From: Torpedo marmorata
Lineage: Eukaryota
NCBI GenBank assembly: GCA_977017645.1
Contig: OZ360227.1
Location: 101,680,001 to 101,744,000, forward strand
Direction of reading: 5' to 3'
Length of the DNA stretch: 64,000 bases
This document shows, one piece after another, positions 50,893 through 64,000 of this stretch. Under the pieces are notes generated by a model that saw only the letters and a list, made by a program, of their open reading frames with translations, ran no database searches and was not told the origin of the DNA. Both the position numbers and the translations under genes were made by a program. The first letter of the stretch is position 1. The number at the start of each line of letters is the position of its first letter.

Positions 50893-53800
50893 CTGTGCAG
50901 ACTCTAGAATGGCCAATGAATCTAAACAAAATAAATGTTAAGCTGTACTGGAGTGATGTTATTGGGTTGCCCGGTCTACACACTGTTCATGATGGCAATG
51001 CAGGTCCAGTGTGCACTGATGCCCCGTGGAACATACTCGCTAATACTGTAGGTGCACCACTGCCTCACTGCTTTCAATGCTTCCTTTTGAAAACGCAGAG
51101 CAGTTGTTAGCCAGCCGAAAAGATATTTGACCGCCGTTTACAGTTACTGCCTTGGCGGACAACGCGTCTGTGCTGAGAAATGATATTTTTTAAAAAGTAG
51201 AGGGCATACAGATCGGGGGGAAAAGATAACATGCGGATTAATATATTCAGCACCCTCTCATTACAATTAGGCGGGCCGCATCACAGAAAACATGAAATAC
51301 GTGCGCCACTCAACTGAAGAGAAATGAAGCTGGCCCGGTTACAGCACAGCAATTAGATTTGAGAACACAGCAAGGTGAGACTGGTCTCAAGGTCAAGACA
51401 TAGTCAAAAATGGGGGATGGGGGATGGGGGAGGCTTGAGAGCCAAAAGGGCTAAAGTTAGAATTAACAAGAGGGATTATTTGGTGCTGTTTCTGTAAATC
51501 TGTAAGAATCTGCATGCGCCGGTCATTTTGTCTGTCTATTTAGTTTAAATACACACAGACGCACACAAACACACACAAATATACATGGATATAAATAAAT
51601 ATATGTGTAACATACGTTATATTTTCTGTATTTTATTCAGAAAGGTACATTCGCGCATGGATACCTGTCGTTTACGTATAAACTGATGTGATTCGGCATA
51701 GTTATTACAATTATTAGGTCTAAATGGGAAACAGATGCACAAAATTGATGCCCGTTTAAAATAAACAATTTTATCAAATAACATTGATATACTTTATGAA
51801 ACAATGTGTCCTCTAAGAATGGCAAGAAACAGTTATTCTTGCCTCAGATTTTAAAAAAAAATACCCGCTTGACTGAAACTTGGAGGTTAATTGCTCGCTA
51901 ATGAAAATCATGCTTGTGAATACAATTTCCATCATTTCACTCATGGCAGACGTCATTGCTGAGTAAAGGAACTCGGATCTGCAGGGCAGAACGAAGTTTG
52001 CAGCTTGTGGTTGATATTTCAGCAATACCTGCACAATCGAATCAAGTAACAAGGCTGAGATGATAGGCGTCCAGACCCGAGCTCAGAAATTGTTCAAGAA
52101 TAAACCGAATCCCACCACCCCCACCCCACCACCCACCCCCCCCATCCCCGTCCCTTCTCCAATTCAAGCCACTGCGCTTAAAGTTTAATCGAAAAGAGTG
52201 CTTGATCTGGTGAAATTTGAATTCACTAGTGAACTTTGTTCCTCACGCTCCGGTGGTTGACTCAATCCACAGAATGTTGCAGGAAAATAAAATTATCAAT
52301 GTTTTCACTAACAGCTAACCAGAAGAATTCAAGTTCTTCCTCAATGCATGCATTGTATGTTTGTTCAAAGTGAACACAACCAGACATTTTAGGTTAAATA
52401 TTTAATGGACCACTGTAACCTTACTCATTTCTGTACCTTTTCATTTATTTCACATACAAACACATACCTGGCAATTCCCAATTGAAAACACGATAACTTT
52501 TCCACGTTAAAATATTGAAATAGACTTAAGGGAATACTTTGCCTAATTTTAACTGTATCCTGGACCATAGACATTGATTACGACCACAATTTAAAGTCTC
52601 CGGTAATCCATTTTCAATTTACTAAATATTTACATTAATCTGTATTCCAAAAATATGCTGCATATTAATTTTGTCCCGCGCATATTGCGTGAGTGCATTT
52701 GATTTTTAAAAATATATCTAGATTACCACACAGATTGCTTCGTTCAAGCAAATGTAATTGAAAAGGTTAATTCAGCGAAGGTAATTTCTCCAAAACTCCT
52801 TATTTTTACAAACTATTCAAATCATTTTTAATTAGACCTACGAACTGGAAAGCGTACAGTAAATTTAATTTTAACTGTTTTGCATTATTTTCTTTCTGAA
52901 AACGATTGCAAAACTATCGTTAATTAAAAAAACACAAGAAATCTGAAAAGTATAACTTAATATTAATATGGTTTACAGAATTGTTTCCCAATGACCAGCG
53001 ACGGGCAAATGGATAATATAATTGTTTGTAATTACATCATTTTGCTGGGCTCGTTTATAAGAGAACGCATCACATTTTAAAGGTTATAATCCCCAAGCGT
53101 GTCTGTGAAAATCTTAAGAAAGGATTTCTTTTGTTGCAAATTAACTTCCAAACGGAGATTGTATTTTTTTTAAATTAAAATTTTATTCCCTTCTTTTGCG
53201 CTCAACGGCATTTTAATTGAAGTGGGTTTATTCCGGGACACGTCCTCTCGGCACGACCGTGCTACGTTCAAACAGTGAGTGTGATATGTTTATTCTATTT
53301 TATTTCAAAAATTTAGGTCTGCTTCCGAACGCTTGTAAATGTTTCAGAAATACGTAGGAACTTCGACATTTATTGAATGAAGTATTTTATGAGGAAGATT
53401 GTAAACATTTGCCGTCAGGCCATGAGTTAAAAAATTGTGGAACAGGCTCCATTTGTTTTAACGTTTTACAGTAAACTGCACGTAAAAATACAAAATTACA
53501 GCAGTTGTTATTTATAAATGCTACTACGATAGCTCGAACGACGCGCTATTTATTGTAATAATCCTGCACTGGTGTACACGTTTTCTTTATAACTCACGTA
53601 ATTTAATAAAACTGAGAAAGAACAAATATTCTGATCTATCCTTTGACTCTACTCACACTCCAGTTTATCTGATATCTATCGCGCCAACTTTGTCCACATT
53701 GTAAGCCTCAATCCGTTGCTCAAAGATCACATTTTAAAATTTCAGCAAATAAATATCATTAAAACAAAGACGATAGCACCCACAATCATTGAATTTTATG

Positions 53801-54143
53801 AGAAATTTGAAATTGCTCCCATTTACAACAGGTGTGCATTGTTCCAAAAATGTCAGTTTTGTTCTTAGAAATATTTTTATGTGGAAAGCTTCGACAATGT
53901 AATGATTTAATAATACATTTTCATGAAATTATTTCGATCCTTTAATATTCACGTGAGCACATGTTCACACGTGTTTAATATTTTAACATTTTCTCGTGAT
54001 GGGAAAATATATTTTGAAAATTAAAAATCAGGGGTTCGTTTTAACAGTTTTCCAGATTTAAAGAATTCTTATACAAATTACTACCTTTTCTTTCAACGTG
54101 TTTAATTTTTTTCCACCGTTTCCAATTTAGTGTAATGGAGCGA

Positions 54144-54160
54144 CGGCGCTCCCCGGTGGT
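54144..54160 (-). promoter_or_regulatory. Candidate CTCF site between HoxD8 and HoxD9
   Basis: Minus strand ACCACCGGGGAGCGCCG, a GC-rich motif in AT-rich surroundings close to the CTCF core. Confidence 0.55.
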
Positions 54161-56890
54161 CAATCGCGTGAATTACAACTGAATGGGAACAGTCTTACTT
54201 TTGTTCATTTTTTAGTAAAATCACTTCAGAATCAATTAAAATGTTGAAGAAGAAATGAAACGAAAAAGGTCTCATAGATCTCAGTAGATACTAGCAATCA
54301 TTCCATGTGAAATGAATCAGAATTGTCATTGAAACTCCTGGGTTCTTGGACTCTGTCTTTTTTGACGTCGATTATCAGGAACTTACAACGAAATCACTGA
54401 AGTTCAAATAGTTAGGTGATCATTCCCAACTTCGTTCGGTTATTATTGAGCAGAGCACTTTCGACTACTGTACATATTTTACTGATATGGCTGTTCAAAA
54501 CCAATGTGAGTTACCTCCGCAAATTTTCAATTGGTGTTATAAGGTAGAAAATGCATTTATTTTTGTATAAAATTGCAAAATTGTGTGAAGAAGGCGGTGG
54601 GTGTAGAGCGATATATGTGACTGCACATGTATACAGACAAAGAAATAAATAGAGAGACATAAGGGAGCCTTATTAGAGATAATTAACATCTGGAAAGATC
54701 TAAAGATGTTCTTCGAGAGGCTGTGATAGAGCGTCATCGGATATGATCCATTTGCTAGTTTCAGGGGCTCTGAATTTGTGAATCGTTATAAACGTTTGCG
54801 TGTGCAGTCAGGAATATGTATCAGGAGTTGAAAAAAATAAAAATAAAATCAAGGAACGTGATGGAGAATAAAATATTTTCGTTTTCTTCAAATTTGTTTT
54901 GATTCGCCCTTTAAACAATTTGTTGTCAATATTCTTTTGTAATTCATTTGCTTTTTCCAAACAAAATATATTACACATAGAGATGGGTATCTTTGTGGGT
55001 CTGTTGTTTTCTATGACAAGCCCTTCCATTAATTAAGCTTGTAGTTTCCTCGTTATGTTTATTTAATTGGATATACCAACCAATATGTTATGTAAATCTA
55101 TTTTATAGCGAGTACAATGCACTGATTTTTTTTGCATATATGCTTGGCAATAGTTACCAATTTGTCCAGATTTAAGTGACAAGGCGGAATTAATTGTCTT
55201 CGTCCCTTTAGCTAGAGTCTGCATTTTATTTGTCACCAACAGACATAAACATTGAATTGGTTGATTTCAAAGAAGACCGTAATTACCCAAAGAAAACCAT
55301 AAAGTCATTAAGATGTCTAGCCAGTTGTGGGCTTTTATCGTATCCCGTTCCTTCCTGTTTAAAAGTACTGTACTCAAAATTATGGCAATAGATGGCGTTA
55401 CAATTCAACACCTTCTGAGCACCACACGTTATGAGAGAACTTCTCCAAAAGAATACACGCAATGTTTCTGGTGGGATATCAAGCCAAGACAGTGACATGA
55501 AATTAAACGAAGCTACTGTATTTAACTGCTTGTGCTTTGTGGCCATTTGTGGGTCTACTTACATTTCATCGGCATGCAATGTCTTCCCAATAATACTTTG
55601 CGATTGTTTATATGTATTCCATGTAATGTACCATGTATCTGTGATAATGAATGCTCGCAACCTGCTACAGGGTTTTATATGTGAATAATATCTAAAAGAA
55701 ACAGACTGCACAAACAGGAAGGGAGAAATTATGGAACGTCTATCAACAGTAATATAGGTCTGCTTAAGAAACGGCAACTTACTTCAAGTTTGTAGATTTC
55801 TTCATATTCTGAAGAAATCGACAAACTGAATAGATTAAAACGACGAGCAACATTAATTATAAAACGAAAGTGCATCAATATGCATTTTTTTTATAGTTTC
55901 TAATTACCACATCCAAAAAGTCAATGATTTCGGAACAGGCTTTATAATTTATACCAGCAAACAGTCCATTTCCATCAAAACGCTAAAACGAGGGTGCTCT
56001 TCTGGTAATCTGAAGCACAGCCGTCTTGTGTCATTTTAATAATACCATCTAATCAACAATGCTGACTGATTTAAATGTAAAACCGAGGAAAACTATTATG
56101 CCAAACTAACGGTATATGTCGATCATCCAACAATGTTCGGTTGTTTGCATCCAAAGACCATTTATCGATTCATAGATGAGTTTTTGCCCTAGCAGCAAAC
56201 GTGAAATTTTCATCATAATTTTATTGTTATCTTATTGACCAGAATGAGGTACAAAACGGCGTAGATAAGTGGAACATTCCGCTTTTATTTATAGATTTTG
56301 ACTGTTGCAGCACAGTATAATATTTATCGTCACATCTGTGATAGGTATTAAATACCCGCAGAGGATCGGGAGTAAATCAGAAACGACGGTGAAATTGTAT
56401 TTTCTTGTATCCTCAGACTTAATTAATTACAATGAATTTGACTTATGTAATAGCCGAAGTAACTGGATCTTTTAAATAGTATTCAAATCGACTCTCTTGC
56501 TCCGTATTAACGCAGGTCATAATTACCTCGCTAAAATAAACTTGCTACAGATTGTCCCAAACGCACAAAAAATATGCCCAGAGTCGCTGGAAAAGTAACA
56601 AAATTTAAACGGTTTTCATTTATTTGTGTTCTTTAGTCAAAATGCCTATTGTTCAATTACACTTTTAAGTTATTCGAGGATTCGATGTCTTTTCAGAGTG
56701 ACCATGATGCTTTGCTAACCTAAGATATTATAAATAAATATTACGTTGCCTTTATCAGCACAGTGATAGTCTCATTCCATCGGAAATTAACAATGACATA
56801 CAACGTTTGCATTACAATCCACAGAGAACTGGCATAAAAACGGCATAAATTGGCATTGTAATGTTTCCCTCTAAATTTGTATCTAAACAT

Positions 56891-57050
56891 ATTCAAGATT
56901 CAAGATTCAATTTATTGTCATAGTAATAAGACAGTGTCATATTACATGAAATTTCTTTTTGCCTGCTGCAAGGCAGACAGATTCGCCACCGGCAGAAATT
57001 GCCTAAGCGCCTCTAACATTCCTTACAGTCAGAGAAAGAGAAGCAAAAGA
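56891..57050 (-). mobile_element. 3' tail fragment of a LINE-like element downstream of the HoxD9 stop
   Basis: Minus strand ends gacAATAAAttgaatcttgaatcttgaat (polyA signal plus tandem tail); 5' boundary approximate. Confidence 0.6.
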
Positions 57051-57411
57051 GCAATACAGCAATACAGCAGAAACACGGCGTTAACACGTTGCACATCTAA
57101 ACAAAATGTTCAAACGTGTGTGTTTATGTCTATGTAAAACAAGTATATCTTAATAATGTCGTCAAAGTTCTAACGTAATACAACTAACGTGCTGACATCA
57201 GTTTAAATTTTGTTTAATGAAACCCATAGCAGCAAATCAGGGACAGTCACTAGATAAATGACAGTTGTTTAGACACAGGATTGCTCCGAAACAGTACGAC
57301 ACTGGAAACATGAACCGTGCTTCGAATAGACCAAGCACCACCGGATAGACAAAACACTTTTTACAAAGTCTGTGGGGGTTTCAGATCTATCGTTAGGAAA
57401 CGAATGGCCAA

Positions 57412-57653
57412 TCAAGGCTCTTCGTTGTTTTTCACTTTGTTCATTTTTTTCATTTTCATTCTTCTGTTTTGAAACCAAATTTTTACTTGTCGCTCGGTAA
57501 GATTTAAAATTCTAGCAACTTCATAGCGACGGTCTCTGGTAAGGTACATATTAAATAAAAACTCCTTTTCCAATTCAAGTGTCTGATACTTGGTATAAGG
57601 GCAACGTTTCTTCCTGGTAGAACGAGCGTGGATCCAATTTATTGCTGGATGAT
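57412..57653 (-). CDS. hoxd9: HoxD9 exon 2 (homeodomain; missing from the ORF track)
   Basis: Manual translation [80 protein letters not shown]; acceptor tttcttacttccag; joined CDS 265 aa. Confidence 0.97.
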
Positions 57654-58194
57654 CTGGAAGTAAGAAATAAACAAGAGTGAAATTGTGGTTAGCTTCTGAA
57701 AACCTTTCCTGGGATTTTAGACTCTCACCAGAATTCTCACAACCTCAATAATAAAATTGAAAATTCCGGTGCCCTTTCCTCGCTGAAGAGTTGTCAAGTT
57801 CAGGACAATATATTGGAAAAAATGGAGTGAGCAATCCTTTTCAGTAGATTCGAGTATATCTGAACGTGGCTTACCATCAAAAATAAACAAACGCCACGAT
57901 ACGAGTCTGAAAATCGCATTTACTTTAAATTAAGTCCAAATGACCTTCGATTTTCGGAAAGCCCTGAGAAATTCAATGGGAAGAAACGTACGACTTTAAA
58001 ACAAGGTTTTGTCGTCTCGCGCAAATTTGTGTGCAAAAAATCTTTGTAAACAATATAAACTTTTTACTGCTGGTTGTGGGTTTTCAGACTTGGGCAGGCG
58101 TCTAGACATTTTTATAGGTTTGTAAAACCATCAGCTTTGCACACTCGGGTCTACAGGTTCGGGTTGTAAATCAAGCTGCAATTCTTACACTTAC

Positions 58195-58750
58195 TTGGGT
58201 CAAGTTGCCGGGGTTTCTCCTCCTTGTGTTCACTGCTGTTCGTAGTCTCGGAACCGATGCAGCCAAGCTCCTTAGGAAGCTTCTCCTTGATTTCTGGGTA
58301 GGAGCTGCAAGTGAATTCGGGCAAGCTGCGTGTTTGCAGCTCATAGGAAGAGCACTCAGTCCTCTTGGCTGCCAGAGTTTCTGGTTTGATTCCGTAGTGC
58401 CGGCCGTTAGGGTGGAATCCGGGGAAAGAGAGTGAAGTGGAGAGGGGTTCTAACCATGAGCGCGGGTATCTCGAATCTGCAGCTCCAAGGTGCGACTGAT
58501 GCATATATGGATGATAGATCCCTGCAACGCCGCCAGAGGACTGTGGATGAACGGGAGACCAAGGACTGGAAAATGCGTTTGATTTGGGAGTAAAACTGCA
58601 GGAAGAGAAATCTGAGCTGTCTGTTACACCTGATGGCCTTGAAGCTGTACTGTGGGCTCCTTGTGCATATCGCGCCGCGTACAAGTCCTCTGTCTCCTGC
58701 CCTATCAAAGAATCAACATAGTAATTGTGTATGGTGCCACCGGTCGACAT
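58195..58750 (-). CDS. hoxd9: HoxD9 exon 1
   Basis: MSTGGTIHNYYVDSLIG...DFSSCSF...RSWLEP...HYGIKPE...QLDP; donor CCAA|GTAAGT; in-frame upstream ATG at 58771 would add 7 aa. Confidence 0.96.
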
Positions 58751-58850
58751 TTTAGGCTCTCTCGCTTTCATAGAAAAGGTTACACTGGGAAGTGTTTCTG
58801 ATACCTTCACTCAGAACAATCATAGTATTTTGCCGACTACAGCTGCAGCT

Positions 58851-58886
58851 ATTGGTTGCGCGACTCACGTGACTGTATTTACCAAT
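58851..58886. promoter_or_regulatory. HoxD9 promoter: ATTGG-10 nt-CACGTG-10 nt-CCAAT
   Basis: attgg-ttgcgcgact-cacgtg-actgtattta-ccaat. Confidence 0.65.
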
Positions 58887-60145
58887 ACAGTGAGTAAATC
58901 AATCCGCTCATCAGTGTGACCACATATGGGCCTCGACCAGCTTTATGAGAAATAAAATATGTTCTCAGTGAAACAGAAAAAAAACATTCGATCAAGAACG
59001 TTGGGACCGTTCTTTTGAGGTCAGAAGAACAAACTCCTCCATGTGCAGTTTAAAAAAAGGTTCTGGAGAAATTGGGGACTATTTTCCCCCGTAAACTAAT
59101 TAATGTCTGTCACTCATTTCATAATCAGCAGCGCATAGTCCAAGACCAAATATCTCTTAGCTTAGTGCAATAAAACGGCAAGAAAACACCTTTGAGGTAC
59201 GTTGGTGTTTCTATATTGTGTATATATCCTGTTTAGATGAGAACTTCTGCAGATCATTGACTAACGTCTCCCATAAAAGGAGTAAACGATATGTTGTAAG
59301 ACGAAGGGTTTGAACCATTTCCCTTAAAACGTCTTGTGGACACGAACGAGCTGATTTTATTTCTCCCATTTAAATTTTTCGTCTGATGCTTTCATTTGTT
59401 TTAAATATCACATTTGAAGTAAAAGCTCCTCCCTTGTTTTATAGTCTATACTCAGAAGCCACCGTAAATGTTTTTATGTCCATCAATAAAAATTTTATGA
59501 GGTGTATTTGATTATACATTAATGTGTCTTTAATAAAACAGGCCTCCTTTGGCATTGTAAAGTATGTTTACTCAACGCTGGATGGCTAAATATTCCCACA
59601 ATGGTGCAATATTCCTTCTTATAAATATGCTTCTGGTACATCGCCTGTTAATAGCAGTTCAATGTATCATTGTATATAAAAGAGGAGACGATGTGTTTAA
59701 AACATATACGCGCTTCACCAGCTCCAGTGCCATGTTTCATGGCCCTAGCTGAGTAATACAATGGAGAAATGGAAGCGAATCGGTGAGCAAAGGACGGTAA
59801 GATTGAGTTAGGGGGTTTTAAAGATGACAGACGTTAAACTGTTGTTGAGCGACTGCGCATTTTTACAGAAAACACGCTCAGTGGCCGTCTTTCATGACAA
59901 AAGTTGGGCAAAATTTAGTTTATGATAAAAGAGATATATTTAAAGTTGCATTTCAGGAGTTATATATCTCGGTTAATACTTCATGTTTCACGTTAACAAT
60001 TGTTTTTGTTTTAAATGACCAGGAATGGCTCCGCAATCTTGGCATTCACCGTGATTAGTTTCCAGCCAGTAATGCACAAATCTCGGGGGTTTCAGAAATG
60101 AAAATTGTCTTTGCTGGGGGATGGTAGGGGAGGGGGGAGTTTGTT

Positions 60146-60181
60146 TGTGTGTGTGTGTGTGTGTGTGTGAGTGTGTATGTG
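60146..60181. repeat. (TG)n microsatellite
   Basis: Direct reading. Confidence 0.95.
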
Positions 60182-62531
60182 AATTTATGCGTCGAGGCGT
60201 TATTATTTGTTCACCATACGTGAAAAATTGTTTTATAGATCATAGCGAAAGGCGAGATTATAGCGAGAATCTATTACGTTTCCAACCGTTATATAGTTTT
60301 GCTTCACATAGCATACCTTATTACACCCAAGACCCTGTAAGATAATTGAAGAAGACCATTGAAGACTCAACTTTGACTTTTATTTTCCACTCCAGGCTGC
60401 TTGTTAATATCATCAAATAATAATCTTACCGAATTTAGACCGCAGGCAATTATATTCATTGAGGTGGCTAATTTAACCAATGTTTTTTTTTTTCTCTCAA
60501 AAGTAGCACTTGTTTTCTGCGTTGACGAAAGTGTAGAACGTTCAATGCTGCGGATCTGTGCAATTTCCAAATAAAATAAGGCAAATTCTTTTTCTGTTGC
60601 GACTTTAAGAAATACGCATTTCGATAGATGTAGCGTTTCCTGTGCCTGAAGCGTGGATTGCATTTGCTTTCGTTTGGAGTTATCTACAATTAACCTTAAA
60701 TTAAACGAATTAACTACCACATTCATGTTTGGGAAGTTTACCATCGTTCATACAATTGGATGCCATTTTGTTGCATGCCAAGAAAAACATTATTTTCGAA
60801 AGCATAAAAGTTGTTTAGACAATACGCAATGACTTAAATACTCGACGAATAATATGTTAGAGACGAACAATTGTGTATAAATGTAATGTTGTAACATGGA
60901 GAATATAAGAAGTATTGTCAAATCGGTCATAACCTTACACCCGCCAGGATTCTTCAACATCCGATCAGGTACATCACCACAAAAATTATAATTATTATGG
61001 GTGGAAAATGTAAACTAAAAGAAAACTATTTTGTTTATTTCCCCATTTGAACATAGAAAGTCACCAGTTAATAACAAATCGGAAAGCTGTTCTTGCCCTC
61101 TCATGTAGCACAAACTGACTGTAAATGACGACTTTGGCATAAGTGAGTCTGTATGTCAAAATAAATATTATTCTCAGCAACCACTGCAAATGTTCAGGTT
61201 TTGGTTCGCATTATGTAAAAACAATATTTTATCTCACGCTTGGACATGGTTGATCTGACTGGTTCGTTTAATTTGGCTTCAGGTCCTGTAATATATTTTA
61301 ATGCGGCCTTTGCATGCACTGCAATTTGAAAAGTTTCATGGTCTTTTTTCTGTTCGAGTATAACAGAACGCTATTTTGTTTAATTTAACAATGTTATAAT
61401 ATTTTTGACACCATACGTCTGTCGAAAAGCTATTGTAATTTTAAATGAAAACATATTTCCAGGTTTTTAATAATGTAGCCTATGCAGCCCTATTCAAGTG
61501 AGATTCTATTATTTAAAAATTATGCACGTCCATAAACATATACACTTAACTGTGATCTTGAAGCGCTTTATTGATCTTGTTGAACATTTTTGTGGAAATG
61601 AATGCAACGAATTAAGTCTGTATCCTACATTTCCTTTCCGTCCATTTTTGAAGTACAGCTTGATTTGTTTTCAACTCTGTTGAGAGATTTTATTTCATTA
61701 AAATGTATTTTCATCATAAAACCATGCGTTAGAAGTATCAAGAAGTCTAATCGTGCCACTAAAGCTATTCCATTTGTGGTTGCAACGGGTAATATTTACA
61801 GGGTGCATTCGTAATTCGTCAATAGAAACGAAAATATTTCAAAATATCGATTCACATTATTTCAGACCGGATAATAAAACGTGAGCAGAGGTATTGCCAC
61901 TTATATTGAAAACGTCGGAGTATCTAGTCTTAGAGATGCCATATATGTTCATCAACACTAAGGACTCAATTTAAAAATGTTTTCATGCAGTGATTAATGT
62001 TAAACGCAAATAAAATATCTAACTGTAAACTTTTTCTTAGTTAATTAAATGGATTATTACATTATTTACATACTTTTGCAACAAAAGGCCTTTTGCACTT
62101 AATTCCCAAAACATCGATTTAGATATTACTAAGTTACATTCTTGGCTATTTATACTAATAACTATCAAGAAATCCGCAATTATCGAAACACATTTACGCC
62201 CCGGGAGAAAGAAAATAAATAATATGTTGATAAATAAATGAACACATTTGCAAATTATGTGCCTTTACAAACCGGATGCACTTTCAGGTCTAATTCTCCT
62301 CTTTGGTTTAATTTAAATTGAGACAATTGTCCTATGGGTTTAATGTGGGCCACTTGACATTCACAACTGCACATCGTTCCTAATATTTTCGGAAATGAGA
62401 TGGAATTAGGATCCAATTTTGATTATTACATTTTATTTATTAAACCAAATATTTATTGTCGTTTAAACATTTTAATTGAATTGCCCACGATTAACTGAAC
62501 AATTCTGCCTATCTCTCTATCAGTTATTAAT

Positions 62532-62582
<51 letters not shown>

Positions 62583-62583
62583 C

Positions 62584-62615
<32 letters not shown>
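62532..62615. repeat. (GATA)n tetranucleotide repeat 3' of the HoxD10 stop
   Basis: Direct reading; one internal gatc variant. Confidence 0.97.
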
Positions 62616-62617
<2 letters not shown>

Positions 62618-63013
62618 GCGAGCAACTGACACATGCATATAAAAAGGAATTTTTCATTAGGTCCCCATCGTACTTTTCAGAAATGGGGCAATGAGTTTAG
62701 TAATTGCAATTAAGACTTCAAACCGTGCTCTGAAGAACAGCAATCTTTTCTCAAATTGTACGAAAACCGTATCATGTCAACTAACTTAAACTTTTCCTGC
62801 CAAGCAAAGTAAATTATTCGATGGAATGTTCTTTAAAGGAAATATTCTTGCCAAGGTAAACGTGCTATTGTTCCTTCAGAGAACCACGACGCAAAAACAT
62901 TGAGATCAGAATTATCGATAATATCTCAGTGGATAAACAGGTTAATTCCACAATACCCAGTAAGCCACTACAATATCAAATGTGTTGTATCACTTCGAAT
63001 TCGTGCTTCAGGT

Positions 63014-63285
63014 TCATGAGAAGGTTTGGTTCGTGGTCAGTTCTCGAATTCGGTTTTCCCTGCTCATTTTCTTCAGCTTCATTCTACGATTTTGAAACCA
63101 GATCTTCACTTGTCTGTCGGTCAGATTCACGCTCTTACTTATCTCCAGACGGCGCTCACGAGTCAGATACATGTTAAATAAAAATTCTTTCTCTAATTCC
63201 AGTGTTTGATGTTTGGTATAAGGACATCTCTTTTTCCTTCCACTATTTGCTGTTAGCCAGTTGCTTATCGGAGTTTTGGTCTCTT
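63014..63285 (-). CDS. hoxd10: HoxD10 exon 2 (homeodomain; exon 1 outside window; missing from the ORF track)
   Basis: Manual translation [89 protein letters not shown]; acceptor tcttacttcttatag. Confidence 0.96.
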
Positions 63286-63353
63286 CTATAAGAAGTAAGA
63301 AACAAGAAATGAGACTTTAGCAAATTATGTTATTTTTATTATTATTAGAAAAG

Positions 63354-63460
63354 TACTTTGATGAAGGGCTCAATCCCGAAACGTCGGTTATGTATTTTTA
63401 TTTTTGCTATATAAAGGACACTGTTTGACCTGCTGAGTTTCTCCAGCATTGTGTTTTTAC
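63354..63460. mobile_element. Single-arm copy of the palindromic repeat family in the HoxD10 intron
   Basis: tactttgatgaagggctcaatcccgaaacgtcggttatgtat...gacactgtttgacctgctgagtttctccagcatt closely matches 9779-9880. Confidence 0.88.
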
Positions 63461-64000
63461 AGTGCAATGTATTTGAATATATGTTATTGAGATTCAAGAG
63501 AAAAGTGCGTCACTGTTAGATGTCTGCAGATTGTAGGCAACCATTTTTGGCAAATTGTTAAAACAATATCGACACAATTTGTAACAATTCAATAATAAAG
63601 ATGTTTTCATTGAGTAAGATAATTGGAAAATATATTTCGGAGTTTGTAAATAGCAATGCAAAATTCCATGCTTATTAATTTGCACAATTTAGCAGATATT
63701 TATGAACCTCCAAATAAGTAACTAATTCAAGCGAGCATATTGAATTATCAGGTATTGTTATTACCTATGAACTAAATAGGATACTGTAGGATACAAAGAA
63801 CCGATAGTTTTTTTTTACCAATTACTTCTTTTTCAATTTCGGAATTAAATTGTGATTTTCTAATACCGACAGTACAAATATGCTGACAGTAAGTTCGAAG
63901 GTAAATCTTAATATTAAACGTATCACCAGTGGCGCCCAGAATGTGGCTGAATTCGAATTCGATGGTTGGCAATATTTCAAAATATTTGAACGGAGCTCTT

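Noticed and set aside
62954-62962. Possible miR-10 site in the HoxD10 3' UTR (tacccagta)
   Set aside because: Seed mismatch; the exact seed match at 60332-60338 is 2.7 kb past the stop and probably outside the UTR

Overview
Vertebrate HoxD cluster segment with all genes on the minus strand. From left to right: probable HoxD1 promoter at the window edge, HoxD2, HoxD3, HoxD4, miR-10b, HoxD5, a gap where paralogy groups 6 and 7 would sit, HoxD8, HoxD9, and exon 2 of HoxD10. Intact HoxD2 and HoxD5 without intact D6/D7 point to a cartilaginous fish (inference). The six complete genes are two-exon, with GT-AG phase-1 introns that join in frame. Visible regulatory signals are three DR5 RAREs, a near-perfect miR-196 site 3' of HoxD8, the Hox4 intron element, candidate CTCF sites and a recurring E-box/10-11 nt/CCAAT module. 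The most interesting observations are: (1) candidate decayed HoxD6 and HoxD7 remnants in the D5-D8 gap, each downstream of an orphan promoter module; (2) a palindromic, probably Penelope-derived repeat family with hammerhead-ribozyme-like cores, present in four copies. All alignments were done by eye and need computational confirmation.
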